Position numbers and translations under genes: made by a program
Shown: piece by piece, positions 37,694 to 52,573 of the stretch
Layout: each line of letters opens with the position of its first letter
Position numbering within the stretch: the stretch's first letter is position 1
Assembly: GCF_006345805.1 (NCBI RefSeq)
Contig: NC_043000.1
Location: 40,734,001-40,798,000, forward strand
DNA: 64,000 nucleotides
Source: Octopus sinensis
Taxonomy: Eukaryota
Direction: 5' to 3'
Notes under the pieces: model-generated
Database searches by the model: none
The model's input: only the letters and a program-made list of their open reading frames with translations
What the model was told of the DNA's origin: nothing

Positions 37694-38412
37694 GCAGCCT
37701 TTCCCCTTCTTCTCTCCCTTCCTCTTGCTCCTCCTCCCCCCTTCCCGTCGTCCACCCGCGACGATACTTCCGCCCTGACTGTCTTTTTTGGCCTGGCTTT
37801 CAAGGTAACTGGACGACATTCTTCCTGCTCTCCTGTCGTTCACAAAAAATTCTGCGTTTGCAATACTTTTTTCGTTCGGCGTCAACAGCCCTTTTTATCT
37901 TGTTTTTCTCTGTCCTGTCTTTTACTGTTATATTTTTTTACTGTTATATTTTTTTACTGTTTATTTTTTTACTGTTTATATTTTTGTACTGTCGTTACTG
38001 TCCTGTTTTTTTACCATTTTTTTACCATTTTTTACCCCTCTGCGAAAAGACCTCAGAATTTTAATTGATTTGCTTTTCGCAGGAAGGAAAGTTTCTTGTT
38101 GAAGATACGTCTCGCTTTTATCCTTCGAAACGTAGAGTAGATGAAACCTTAGCGACTGAAGAAGGGTTTTTTTCGTTGTGTTAATTGTCCTGTACTCCAT
38201 TTTTTGTTGTTTTTAAAAAAATGTCCAGTTCCTTTGGTTTGTGTCTATGTTTTCGTTTCTCTTTGTGTTCGACGTCCCTTTGGTGTCCTGTACTCATATA
38301 TGCGTGTATATGTACATGTAGAGGTAGGTACGTACATATATGTTTATATATATGCATATGTTTTATTTCATTTATTAATATATTATATGACTAAACGCAC
38401 GCACCCTCTTAA

Positions 38413-38444
<32 letters not shown>

Positions 38445-38893
38445 TCTTTTACTTGTTTCAGTCATTTGACTGTAGCCATGCTGGAGCACCTCCTTTAGTT
38501 GAAGAAATTAACCCCAAGACTTATTCTTTGTAAGCCTAGTACTTACTATATTGGTCTCTTTTGACAAACCACTAAGTCACAGGGACAAAAACACACCAAC
38601 ATCAGTTGTCAAGCGATGGTGGGGGGGGGGGGACAGACACAGATACACACATACATATATATATATACATGACAGGCTTCTTTCAGTTTCCATCTGCCAA
38701 ATCCACTCACAAGGCTTTGGTTAGCCTGAGGCAATAGTAGAAGACACTTGCCCAAGGTGTCACATAGTGGGACTGAACCTGGAACCATGTGGCTAGTAAG
38801 TAAGCTATGTATCACACAGCCACTCCTGTGCCATAGCTACTTACCATATATATATGTGTATATATATATATATATATATTATTTTTTATTATT

Positions 38894-38931
<38 letters not shown>

Positions 38932-41900
38932 TAGAGAATGTAGTAATTAGCAAAAACAGGTGTGATATTCAAAACTATAGGACATACATTTCTATACTAT
39001 AGGACATGCATTTCAGCCAAATGCTAAAATATTTGCAGAACCAATTGAAGCATTTTGCAATCATGCATTTCTTCTCATTAGTGTTCCTGTATAAATACAA
39101 CAAACTACTTTGACTTTGAAATATATAAAGTTTTCCTTGTTATGTTGCTGTTAATTCTGCCTCCCATCTTTTGTTGATATATATGTGCATGTGTAGTTGT
39201 GTGTGTTTGTGTTGTGTTAGTCTCCCACCACTATTTAACAACTGGTGTTGGTTTGTTTACATCCCCAAAACTTGGCATTTTAGCAAAAAAAAAAAAAAAA
39301 ACAAGATCGAATAATCGAATAAGATTTTAAAAAATAAGTCCTGGGGTCGATCTTTTTGATTAAACATTTCAAGGGGGTTTGTGTTCAAGAATGGATGCAG
39401 TCCAGTGGTTGAAACAGCTAAAAAGATAATAATAATACAAGTACATTTGGAATGCTCAGAATTGATAGAAAGTCTAACAAAATATCTTGTATCCTTCTAC
39501 TGCATTCCTTTCTATGTTGTTTTTGTGTCTATTTTATTGTTTGTTTACTTTACTTTTATTCTTTTATTCTTTTACTTGTTTCATTCATTTGACTGCAGCC
39601 ATGCTGGAGCACTGCCTTTAGTCGAACATATTTACCCCAGAACTTATTCTTTGTAAGCCTAGTGCTTATTCTATCGGTCTCTTTTGCTGAACCACTAAGT
39701 TAAAGGGATGTAAACACATCAACATTGGTTGTCAAGCGATAGTGGGGGGACAAACACAGACACAAGTATATCACCGAGGCAATGACTAGTGACCGAGACA
39801 TTTGGAAATATGCTGTGCGTGAGAAGACCCGGCAGGACAAGTGAGTCCATCCCGTGTCCCTTGCCAGGGATGTAGCCAGCCCACTTATGCATGCCTTTCC
39901 CTCCTTGGACACACGAAGACCTGTTGAGGCAAGCAAAGTCGAAATCGAACCTCTTCCAACGACAGGCACCCATGCCAAACTCCCTTCATTGGACACTAAA
40001 CTCTGCTTGTGAAGACCTGTTGGGGCAAGTGAAATCGGAATCGAAATTGAACCAATCCTATGACTGGCACCCAGCAGTTGCCTGGGCCGCTGAACTGACT
40101 CCTGTGCAGGTGGCAAGTAAAGAAACACTGTTTTGACCCTGTGCTTGAGGAGATCCATTGAGTCAAGTACACCAACATCAAAAATCAATGGAAACTGCAG
40201 TTGTGATCCCTGTGCCGGTGGCACATAAAAAGCACCAATCCGATTGTGGCCATTGCCAGTCTTGCCTGGCACCTGTGCACGTAAAAAGCATCCACTACAC
40301 TCATGAAGTGGTTGGCGTTAGGAAGGGTATCCTGCTGTTGAAACACTGCCAGATCAGACTGGAGCCTGGTGCAGCCTTCTGGCTTCCCAGATCCCCGGTT
40401 GAATCGTCCAACCCATGCTAGCATGGAGAATGGACGTTAAACGATAATGATGATGATGATGATATATATTGATATATATATTTATATGTATATATGTAGC
40501 AAGATGTGAGATTCCCATACTGGATGGGTGCTGCTCGCATCCTTTACATTAAATATTAATTGAAGAAAGAGTCAAGATTTTCCGTTAACTTCAACAGTAT
40601 AAATATTTATTCTTTGATTCACAACATAAACATTTCCTTCCTCTGGGCAAATCGGCAGCCTAGGAGCTCATCAGCAGTAGTCTAGTGGAGTGAGTCAGTC
40701 CTGCCTGCTCAAGCATAGTGGGGATGCACCACGAGGTAGCAGCTCAAGATGGCTGCTGAAGACACATCTTTATTGTTCAGCTGCCAGTGTCAAAGAGAGA
40801 GATACAAGAGAACTTTGCTGCTGCTAGTTTTCTGTGCATGCGCATGAGGGAACTTCTGGCAGGCCTTCCGGAAGATTCCAACCCTGCGCATGCATGCTGG
40901 AGATTTCCAAGATGGCATCACTACATATATACACATATGATGAGATTCTTTCCATTTCCATCTCCCAAATCTGCTCACAAGACTTTGGTCAACCCAAAGC
41001 CATAGTAGAAGACACTTGCCCAATGTACCACACAGTGGGACTGAACTTGGAACGATGTGGTTGGTAAGCAAGTTTCTTACGACACAGCCACTCCTATTAA
41101 ATAAATTTCAGCTATGCAAAAAAAAAAAAAATGTTAGTTTACCTTGTGTGCACTGACATGCTATGATAGTTTTGTAAGGTTTGCCTCAGTTTGCTAACAA
41201 TACTCTGTCACGAAAAATGCTTCTGAACAATGCCCTACCACCACCACCGTTTTTCTTTTTCTTCTATTTTATTACAATTTAGTTTCAATATTTTTGTGAT
41301 ATTTTCGAGTTTGGTTTTATGTAATTAAAAAAGAAAATTTCATTTTACTGATTTTGTTGACTTTTGGAAAGTACTGTATCAATTGCAAATTTGTTTATTC
41401 ACTTAAATCGATGAACATCAATGGAAATTGTAGCTGTGATACCAGTGCTGGTGGTACGTAAGAGAAACATCCAAACGTGGCCGTTGCCAGCGCCGCTCCG
41501 ACTGGCCTTGTGCCGGTGGCATGTAAAAAGCACCATCTGATTGTGGCCGTTGCCAGCCTCGCCTGACCCCGTGCCGGTGGCACGTAAAAAGCACCATCTG
41601 ATCGTGGCCGTTTGCCAGCTTCGTCTGGCACCTGTGCCAGTGGCACGTTAAAAGCACCCACTACACTCACGGAGTGGTTGGCGTTAAGAAGGGCATCCAG
41701 TCGTAGTAACATTGCCAGATCAGACTGGGCCTGGTGCAGCAATTCTGGCTTCCCAGACCCCAGTTGAACCGTCCAACCCATGCTAGCATGGAAAGCGGAT
41801 GCTAAACAAAGATGATGATGATGATGATGACTTATTGTTAAATTATAAACCTATTGCACACACATTTAATGCTAATGATTAGCTGCATGGTTTTAAATGT

Positions 41901-42023
41901 GATTTTGCCATGTAAAGTGGAGTTTTGAGTCGTGTCATCCTGTTATTAAATATTTAAAACTGTAACTAAACATGTTGTGTGCTACTTTATTGTAACTTTG
42001 TTCATCCATGCATACATGCAGGC

Positions 42024-42054
<31 letters not shown>

Positions 42055-43960
42055 TGCATGTATGTATGTACATACTTATATACATACATACATACATGCA
42101 TACATACATACATGGTGATAGCTGCCCCCTCGTTGTCGAGTATGGCCATTGAACAAAGCTTAACTGTTATTGGTGCTGTGATCAAATGTGACTTTTTAGC
42201 CCAGCTGAAGATCTACAATGTCATGTACAGAATTGACAGCTAAAACCTTTACCGGTAATAGCCGGCTGTAGTTGTAACTGGGCTTCATGTACCTTTGCAT
42301 GCTGTTTAAGTTCTCGTGCCGAATTACACTCTCTTCCACATACATACATAAATGGCACTCTGATCAATGGAACAGCCTGCTCATGAAGTTAACATGCAAG
42401 TGGCTGAGTACTCCACAGACATGCGTACCTTTAATAGTTCTCAGGGAGATTCAGCATGACATGGAATGTGATAAAGCTGGCCCTTTGAATTGCTGGTACT
42501 ACTCATTTTTGTCAGCTGAGTGGACTGGAGCACCATGTCATAAAGTGTCTAGCTCAAGGACACAACATGCTGCTGGGAATTGAACTCACAACCTTATGAT
42601 CATGAGCTGACTACCACTAAGCCATGTGCCTTCACACCCATATATCTATAATAATAAGTGCAAAAGCAAGTGTCAGTTTTCCAACTTTACTCCTCTGACC
42701 TCCTCTCTCACTATTCAATGACACTTCTACTATTCCTCATGCTTTCCCCCCACCTATCTCACTATTCAATGACTCTTCTATTATTCATCATTCTTGGTTT
42801 TTTCTTAATCCTAACATTTTGAAAAAGTATTTCTCTAAATATTATAACTATTTACAAAATGGGGACAGGCCTTACACAGAGCCAATCCAACTATCTAAAC
42901 AATATATGCATTTGCTCAAAAATGTGTGTGTCTCTGTGTGTGCGTGTGTGTATGCGTGTGTGTGTGTGTGTGTGCACGCACATGTATGTGTGTAACTTAA
43001 ATCGTTTCCTGTTAAGTACCACCCAAGAACTGTAATGAACTACACTCCTCTCTTGTAATTTTGTTTTTGTATCTACATTAGAAATCAGTATTTACACTGA
43101 TGTTGCTTTGTTGAATTCACTTCGGTTGAATATTCTTTCCACCATTATTTTTCGTTTTTCTGTGCCCTCATTAATAAGCATATGATTGGAACGCCTTTCA
43201 CGAATTTTAACATTTGTAATATTTGATATCCTTTTATTTTTGATAGCTGCATTTTGCTGAATATTTATTGTCAGTATTTGTATTGTTAATTTACTGAAGA
43301 CTTGGTCATTGAATTCGGATCTAGAACATTATTGACTATATAAAACATGACACTTATTTGTAGTTGTATTTCTCTCAATGTCTTAGAAGCCAGCTAATGT
43401 TATTTTCTGCAGAAATTATTTAAAGAAGTCAATACTAAAAGCACAAGGGTGGCTGCGTGTCTACCAACTACACGGTTCCCAGTTCAGTTTTACAATGTGG
43501 CAGCTTTGGCAAGTGACTTCTTCTATAGCCCTGGGCTGAACAAAGCCTTATGAGTGGATTTGGTTGACTGAAACTGAAGGAACCCCTATATATCATGCAA
43601 TAGATAAAGAAATCAATACAAAAAATGCAAGTGTGGCTGCATGTTAAAAAGTTTGCTTCCCAACCACATGGTTCTGAGTTCAGTTTTGCAGTGTGGCACT
43701 TTCTACTATAGCTTCATGCTGACCAAAGGCTTATGAAGTAGATTTGGTAGACAGAAATGGAAGAAAGTCGTGCATGCACACACACACACATGCATGCATA
43801 TACCTATGTGTGTGTTTGTCCCCCACCACTGCTTGACAACCGGTACTGGTTCACATCTATCCTTGTAACTTAGGAGTTTGAAAAAACAGAGACCAACAGA
43901 ATAGGAACCAGGTTTAAAAAAATAAAAATGTACTGGGGTCAATGATTTGTTTGTCTAAAC

Positions 43961-44161
43961 CAGTGCTTTTCAATCTTTTTGCTGGAGCGGAACCCCAAGG
44001 AAATATTCCACTGGCTCGAGGAACCCCTGTGCAATAATTTAATTGTCTTATGCACACATATCTGCACAGGAGAATTAAAAATTACTGTCGATGTTTGCAT
44101 TTTTGTAACTTCTTGCGGAACCCATGGACTGTACTGGCGGAACCCTGGTTGAAAACCACTG
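43961..44161. mobile_element. 201-bp hAT MITE nested in a SINE
   Basis: TIRs CAGTGCTTTTCAATC and (rc) CAGTGGTTTTCAACC; exact 8-bp TSD GTCTAAAC at 43953-43960 and 44162-44169. Confidence 0.92.
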
Positions 44162-44319
44162 GTCTAAACCCTTCAAGGTGGAGTTCCCACCATTGCACCA
44201 TAGCAACAGTCCAATGACTGAAACACGTAAAAAATAAAAAGATAGAAATGAGATTTCCTCTCTGAAATCAAGAAATCAATTGTTCTCTCTTGGATGAATA
44301 AATGGATTTAAATCAGCAT

Positions 44320-44675
44320 CACCGTTTAACGTCTGTTTTCCATGCTAGCATGGGTTGGACGGTTCAACTGGGGTCTGGGAAGCCAGAAGGCTGCGCCAGG
44401 CCCAGTCTGATCTGGCAGTGTTTCTACAGCTGGATGCCCTTCCTAACGCCAACCACTCCGTGAGTGTAGTGGGTGCTTTTTACATGCCACCGGCACAGGT
44501 GCCAGACGAGGCTGGCAAACGGCCACGATCGGATGGTGCTTTTTACGTGCCACCGGCACAGAGGCCAGTCGGGGCGGTGCTGGCAACGGCCACGTTCGGA
44601 TGGTTCTCTTACATGCCATCGGCAGTGGTATCACAGCTACAATTTCCATTGATGCTGATCGATTTCGATTTTGAT
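44320..44675 (+). mobile_element. Interspersed repeat, CATGCTAGCATGGGTTGGACGG family (others at ~39780-40455, 41400-41830, 53560-53845, 54350-54750)
   Basis: Shared CTGGATGCCCTTCCTAACGCCAACCAC core, internal GCACCATC..CGTGGCCGTTGCCAG tandem subunits, (GAT)n end; probably an RTE-type SINE (inference). Confidence 0.75.
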
Positions 44676-47600
44676 TTATAAATACAATAAATATGGGAAA
44701 TAGCTCCCAATATCAATATACATAATTCTGCTAGACATGTAATGGCATTGTGCTCTCTGTGACCTTCTAGTCATATGATCCCCTTTCAAGCAGAATAATT
44801 TGATACATCTGTGACATCCGTGACATTTGCTTCAACTTTTAAAATCCTCTTCAACACTAGATTGAATCATGACAAAAACATATCACATCACCCAAAGCGA
44901 CCTTTACTTAATATTTCAACTGCATTTATGATGAGCCCGTTGATATTGTGTGATATTTAGTTACGTCCCTTTACGTTCTTTGAGTTCTAAATCAGCTTTG
45001 TGTTTGAACCTTCCGAGTGTCAGTGAAAGAGTTGCAGTCTTTTATCGGATTCATTTTCATTGACCATATTCTTTCGTAATATCTTTATGTTGAAAATTTG
45101 AGGGAAAAAAAAAAAAATAAACGTGAGCGATGGATTTGCAAAATTGATAGCTCATCCAACAAAAAACCGCGTCGCATCCAGTTTCAGATATTTACGTTCG
45201 AAGTTAAGATGCTTTTGATGTCAGCTTTTCCTTTCATCCGCCCTGGTTCGGTAAAATATAATACCAGTTAAGTACTGGAGTAGGTGTAATCGACTTCTGG
45301 CTTGTCAGAATGTTTTGGCCTTGTATTCTGACGTATTTACAAAATCTCATCGGGGTTACCCAAGGATGCTAAATTTAAGTACCAATCAAATACTGGAATA
45401 GATTTAATCAACCGAGTCGTACTTAACTTTGTGGCCTTTAGCCTATCTTAAGATAATCTATTTTCATTATCTGGGATTTAAGACTAATACCATTAATATA
45501 CTCTTGATATTTGTCTTAATATGAAGATCGCGAAAAGGGTTGAAAGGGAGATAATTGCGATTAGACTATTTTTCAAAACTTGTTAGGATCATCCAAGAAG
45601 TTTAGAAATTTGTCTTTTATCGAGCTTTCTTGTAAATAATATTGATTTAATTATTGGATAAGAAAGCCCAACGTAACAAAAATTGCTTATAAATGTAGTT
45701 TATAGTTTAATAATCAATGTCCTTTATTAATGTTGTTCAAAATAAGCTTTAGTAAATGTTCTGTTTCGTTCAAAGGATGTTTTAATAAACATTATTTATT
45801 CAGTTCAAATTAACTTAATTTTAAAATATAGTTACATAAATTGTACTAAGCATTATTTTGGAGAAAACAGATTTCTAAATTTTTCATCCAATCTTCTCAG
45901 TTTAACGGCAAGATTTCTAAATTTTTCATTTAATATTCGCAGATTATCGGCAATTACTTCTCTAACAACAAGCCCAAATAATCAATGGAATACCTGCAGT
46001 AATTCCTTTAACTAAACAGAACAAATATCTATCAAATAGAAATGAAAATAATGACTTTAATCATATATATTACCATTTGAAAGTATTTTCTGTCACGTAC
46101 ACGAATTGATAATCCTTTGTTCAATTTGTGTATATAATCCTGTCTTTATTCACCCTATAACTTTCTGTCTTCTACCTTCGGAATTACGAATTTCAATGAA
46201 ATGTTAATTATATAATCCATAGACAAATTACGTAGATATTTTGCTATCTATATATACTTACATTATAAGATCAAAGGAAATTTTATTACAGGCTAAAGAA
46301 AATAGTTTATAGTCAAAGGGAAATAACTCTTACATTAGCTACATTCAGAGTTATTTCCCGTAGTAATTGCTGTCAACTTAGCCGGGGTGCAATGGCGGAC
46401 ATTTCAAGGCGGGCATTTGTATTTCATGAATTTTATTTTTAAAAAATGTTATCCAGTAGAAAAGATAGATATAATTTGAGACGCAGACGATTCTCTTTGA
46501 CAACGTAGATAATCGTCTGTTTGTATGTTTTTCTATTGTATAGCCGTTAAGCAAGCGTTTGTACTTAATTTAGTACGAAGGTACCTAAAGTAATGAGAGA
46601 AATTCTGACTAATTTTGGTAGAAGAAATGGGTGGAGACAGAAGCGTGATTTTATAATTAATTAAAATATATCAATCAAAACATATCAAATATAAAAAGCA
46701 GAGGAGATGGAGTTTAATTATTAGCAATCCAATGACAACCTTGGGCACCTTTTGGTTGTACTAGACCTGATCTGTGAATCACAGAGTAACTGTGAGTACC
46801 AAAATCATGGTGTGAGTAAATGAATGTAGGATTTTCTTTGGTGAACACGAAATAATATAAAAACATAAAGGACTAGGGAAGTAACCTGTTACATAGAAGT
46901 TAGATAGTAAAATTGATGAGTGCTAACAATATTTCTGTAGTGAATTAATTAGAGTTACATCGTTTCTAGTAAGAATAATCAAAGAAATATCTAAATGACT
47001 AATTGTGCTTAAAATATCTAGTGGAGTTTTAAAATAAAACAAAACAATTATAATGATGGTGTCTACCCACTAAATGGATTATAAAAACGAACTAAACAGG
47101 TGTTGCAAGAAGTTTGCTTCCTGGTTCAGTCCCACTGTGTGACACCTTGGGCAAGTGTCTTCTACTATAGTCTTAGGCTAACCAAGGCTACGTGTGTGGA
47201 TTTGGTAGATGGAAACCGAAAGAAACCCATCAGTCATATGTATATATATATATATAAAAATTAACAGAATGAGATAAAAAATCCAAGGTTTCCGGGATAT
47301 TTTATATATATCCCTTCATCAGAGACGGTGTGAGAAAATGTTTAAGTAATAGATATTATAGAGAAGATATGAAATACAGAGTGAAGTGGAGGAATGAAAA
47401 CAGACGTGAGATATGAATGGATATTGTATCTGCAGTTCCATTATTTAAGCAGAATGGTATGCAGAAGATGGATTTGGCATTAGTCTTTATTCAGTATGAT
47501 GAACATGTCAACCCCTTTCTGTGACTGTCCTTTATGGATGAGATGTTGCACATCCAATTGTATTGCATCAATCAGTGCAGTCTGAATCACATAAGGTACA

Positions 47601-47796
47601 TGCGTACATAAAGTGGTGTCGCATTGAATATATTGAGTTCTCACAGTCATGTTGTTAGCCTGCTGTACCATTCACTGGTACCCTAACCATGGTAGCCCAA
47701 ACTGTGAATGTACTTTACTCAACACACTAATGGACATATGCCTATTGGTCCCAAAAAATTACACATACATACATACATACATATATTTATATATAC

Positions 47797-47943
47797 TTGA
47801 TAGATTATTTATCAAACTGTTATTGAATTTTGTCAGTTGTATTTAAGTCGAATATTCCTTTCTGTTTAACTCCCACTATCATTGTGAGATGTATGGCTTA
47901 AAGGTTAAGGTGTTATTTCCTATATATTATTGTTGTTCTCTCT

Positions 47944-48012
<69 letters not shown>

Positions 48013-48133
48013 TGCAACATCTTAACCTTTAAGTCATTCATCTCACAATAATAGTGGAAGTTAAATAAAATGGAATATTTGACTTAGATACAACTGACAA
48101 AATTTAATAACAGTTTGATAAATAATTTATCAA
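47797..48133. mobile_element. Foldback MITE-like element: ~118-bp inverted arms around a (TC)/(TA) microsatellite
   Basis: 47797-47914 is the reverse complement of 48016-48133 with scattered, mostly transition, mismatches. Confidence 0.8.
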
Positions 48134-48897
48134 ATAAAAATAATTCTGATCCACTCAGTATAAAATATTCCTTTCTTTTGTTGGCATAAGGTCTGAAGTT
48201 TTAGTAGAGGAGACTAGTTGATTACATCAACCCCAGTACCTAACTGGTACTTATTTCATTGAACCTGATAAGATGTAAAGCAAAGTAGACCCCTCTAAAC
48301 ATTTTGTCCAGAATGTTAATGATTCTGCCATCTTGCCACCGTACTTCAGTGTAAAATATTAATCATGATTTAAAATAACTGAATAGGAATCCATATGAAG
48401 ATTTTGGTAGAGAAGATGTTATGTTATTGTTTACGATTACTGAGCTGTAATAGGTGTATAATTAAAAAGTGGTGGTTGTAGTTATAATAATAGCAGTGAA
48501 AGCTATGGTGGTAGTAATGATTGAAATGAAGGTTGTGATATTAAGGATGATTTCACTGATATTGGTAGTTGTTGTAGCAGCGATGGTGATAATATTCCGC
48601 CCCAGGTTAGCCCTGTAGTTCACCTATGAATCAAAAGTGTTCCAGCCATGACTGTCCCATTTTTTTCATATGTACAAGGAACGTACTACATCATCCAGTG
48701 TATCTTTTTCTGAGATGGTGAAATTTGATTTAAGAGAAAATTACCTGCTATTTCTAGGAGGCTGCCTCTTTAACTGATAGTATTAGAGATGGAGATGTTC
48801 AGTGTAAAAAGAGCACATATCTTTTATTTTATTGTTGTTTATTTTATTGTTGTTCTTGACTTTTATTCAGAAATCTGTTATTCATGATATTTTTCAG

Positions 48898-49221
48898 AGC
48901 TATTTGAACTGTTCAAATGTAGATATTACCGGTTTGCGACACCCTCGACTTCATGAAAGTACCAAGATCTCCGCTCTCTATAACCTTGGCAGAATGTATG
49001 CAGACCAACAGAAATATCAGTTGGCTATTAAGACCTATAATAAAGCTATTCAAAGAGCACCCAGTTATTATGGATTGCAAAGTATTTACAATATGTTAGG
49101 TGAAGCTTACATGAAATCTGATGATGAGGCCAAAGCAGAATTCTGGTACCAGGAAGCATTGCGCGTGAAGCCAGACCATTTACCAGCTCACATCACAATG
49201 GCTAAACTGCTGTCCAGAAGA
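48898..49221 (+). CDS. TMTC2: TMTC2-like exon, 108 codons (SYLNCSNVDITGLRHPRLHESTKISALYNLGRMYADQ...KPDHLPAHITMAKLLSRR)
   Basis: ttttcAG acceptor, phase 0 at both ends, GTAAGT donor at 49222. LYNLG, QSIYNMLGEAYM and DHLPAHIT motifs match TMTC2 (LYNLGK, QSLYNMMGEAYM, DHIPAHLT). Confidence 0.92.
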
Positions 49222-50406
49222 GTAAGTATAAACTGATTTTTTTTTTTTTAATCTATTACCTTCTGCCTTTCATTGTTTTCCTGTGACTCTATTTTATGTC
49301 CTCTTTCTTCTCTTCTTGATTGATGCATGTGCCTATATGAGAAACAACATCACTATTATTATTAGTGGCTGCATAGACGTAGGTGTGGATGTGTGATTGA
49401 GAAACTTGCTTCCCTACCATGTGGTCTTCGATTCTGTCCTACTGCATGGCACCATGAGTAAATCTCTTCTACTGCTGCCCCAGGCCAAGCAAGGAAAGGC
49501 AAAGGCCAATACCACTTGGCACCAGTGACGTAGTTACTCATTTCTACTGCTGGGTGAACTGGAGCCACATGAAATAAAGTGTCTTGCTCAAGAACATAAA
49601 ACATTGCCCGTTCCAGGAACTGAAGTCACTAATTAATAATTGTGAACCCAACTCTCTAACCACTAAGTCACATGCATGTAATGTATATGTATGTATAAAC
49701 ATGTGCATGTGAGTGTTTGTGTCTCCTTATCATCACCTCGCATGATTGTAGTAAATGAACGTCATTCATTTCCAATATTCTGTGGAAACCTGTCTGGCAA
49801 TGGAGAAATACTACCTTACATAGGAACAAGTAAAGGTTGGCAATAGGAACAGCATTATTAAAATGTAGATCTGCCTCAACAAACTGTTTCATCCATGCAA
49901 GCATGGAAAAGTAGATGTTAAAATGATTGACTAAACCATTAGAGAATTGGATGAACTGCCCTCTGGTGTTTTGGCAAAGCTCTTTGTATTCTCAGTCCAA
50001 ATCTTGCCTAGGTAAACTTTGCCTGTTGTCCATTTGAGCTTGATCAGATAAAATATTAGTCGGGTAATAAAGTTGATTAAATCAACTAACCCAAATCTCC
50101 GTCTAAATTTTAGTCCTTGCGTTAGTAGATTAGCAGAATCATTAGAGAGGCAGAAAAATACCGCTTCATATTTGCTCCAATTCTTTACATTCTATGTTCA
50201 AATCTAACTGAGGTCAACTTTGACTTTCCTCTCTCCGGGACTGATGATATAAAGTACCAGTCAAGTACTGGAGTTGATGATATAGACTAAACCCTCACCT
50301 CTCAAAATTACTAACCTTGTGCTTACATCAGAAGTTCTTCTTATTATTGTTGCTTTGTTCATTTTCTTTATTCTGTTCTATATATTTTCAATTCTATTCC
50401 AAACAG

Positions 50407-50488
50407 AACCAACCAGATAAAGCTGAAAAATGGTACTTAAAAGCAATGGCTCTTGATTCCACGTACAAAACTGCTCACCAGCATTACA
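50407..50488 (+). CDS. TMTC2: TMTC2-like exon (NQPDKAEKWYLKAMALDSTYKTAHQHY)
   Basis: aaacAG acceptor after a pyrimidine tract, GTAAAT donor, phase 0 to 1; TPR pattern AEKxxLKAxxLD. Confidence 0.85.
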
Positions 50489-50934
50489 GTAAATATTTGT
50501 TGAATTATTCTGCTGCTGCTGCTTCAGCTACTACTACTACTACTACAACTACTACTACTTTCATTATCATATTTTGTTAAGAATTAAATATTATTCACAG
50601 CAGTGAATCGACTCATCCCCTTTCCCCAAATTGCTGCCCTTGTGGCAAAATTTGAAATCATTATAAGGTGATAAGCTGACAGAATTGTTAGCACACTAGA
50701 CGAAATGTTTAGAAGTATTTTGCTACGTTCTGAGTTCAAATTCCACTGAGGTCAACTTTGCCTTTCATCCTTTGAGGGTCGATAAATTAAGTATCAGTGA
50801 AACACTGGGGTCGATGATGTAATTGACTAGTCCCCGCCCCCAAATTTCAGGCCTTGTGCCTTTAGTAGAAAGGATTATTATTATGTTTTGCTTTGTAATT
50901 TTACACTAAGGGTGTAATTCCTTTTACTTTTCAG

Positions 50935-51049
50935 CCCAGTTTCTGGGTGAATCTGGCCGGCATGCAGACCCAGTTCTTATCTACAAACAGGTGCTTGAAA
51001 CAAATAGTGATGACTTTGAACATGTCTTTAATACAGCCAATGCTATGAG
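50935..51049 (+). CDS. TMTC2: TMTC2-like exon (TQFLGESGRHADPVLIYKQVLETNSDDFEHVFNTANAMR)
   Basis: ttttcAG acceptor, GTAGGT donor, phase 1 to 2; resembles GQFL...EFDVVFNAAHMLR. Confidence 0.85.
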
Positions 51050-51870
51050 GTAGGTGGATAACTCTTTTGATGGTATCAACGTAATACCAATTAATTGATA
51101 TCTTCCCTTTTTCTTTTAGAATATGCAGTGCCATCATAAAGTATAGATGCACTGGGCAGTTGCCTAGAAGCTTCATGGGTCTAGGGGCTCAAATCTGATC
51201 TATGTATGGGTTGGCTTGCTGTCAATGAATAGAATATATAGGGTCCAGTGCAGTGATTTGCCTGGGGCCTCATGGGTCTTGGAGCTCTGTTTGGATCTAC
51301 ATATGCTGTGGCTTACTGTCAGTAAATACTCTAGGGTCCAGTGCCTTCATTTGCCAGGGTGTCTGTAATGCTACTAAGAAGGCTCTAATACTTACATATA
51401 TGTGTGTGTGTGCATTTGATCCATATTATGTGTGTGTGTGTACCCAATTACATACATGTATATATCACTTTTGGCATCTGCCACACAGACTCTCTCTCTC
51501 TCTCTCACACACACGCACGCACGAATGCATGTGCACACACACACACACACACACACACACAGCAGTAATTGCAATTGAGCAACTTCTTCAAAAGATATTT
51601 CAAATTCTTCAATGTCCCCAGCGCACAATCTAAAGTAAACAAATATATTTGTTCCTTGGTTTGATGTCCATTTTCCCTTGCTAGCATGACTAAGAAAAAG
51701 GCTTGTTGGAGACTGGAAGCTCTTGCTGTTGCCAATTCTTACCTGTTTTTTTCTAAGTAAGAGATATTTTTATTCCACAGTCTTTGAAAGCACAAGGAAT
51801 GTAAATGCCATCTTTGTTCCTCTTAGGCGATGACAAAGAGCTGATACATTTTCAGATACCTGTGCGCACG

Positions 51871-51948
<78 letters not shown>

Positions 51949-52573
51949 TGCATATCACTCTTGAGCAAAACACTTCATTTCACATTGTTCCAGTCGCCCT
52001 TTCGATCAAGTGGGGGAATGTTAGCCTGTTCACCTGACCAGCTGGGTGGCATTATTCGAAGGCTAAAACAATGCAAAGTGCCTTGTGACTAGCAGTGTGT
52101 AATAACATCTGATAGTTTTGTAGGTCATGTGATCACATGAGATACACACACACACACATATATATATATACACACACGTATATATATACACACACACATA
52201 TGTATATACACACACATATATGTATATACACACATATCTATACCCACACACACATAAATATATGCACACACATATATATACACACAAACACACACACATA
52301 TGTACACACACACACACACACACACATATACATATATATATATGTATGATGCAGCTCCAGTTTATGTCTACCAAATTCATTCACAAACCATACTACAGCC
52401 CTGTGCAATACTACAAAATACTTGCTCAAAGTGTCATGCAGTGGGACTGAACCCAGTGTCACCTAGTTTCAAAGCAATCTTCTTAACCACACATCCATGT
52501 TTTTTTTTTGTTCATAATATGAGGTTAGCAGCCTAAAGCATACATCTTAAATTTCAATGTTTTTCCTTTCCAG

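Noticed and set aside
38085-38175. Hammerhead-like pieces (CTTCGAAACGTA and CTGAAGAAGGG)
   Set aside because: Core halves are in the wrong order or lack matching stems.
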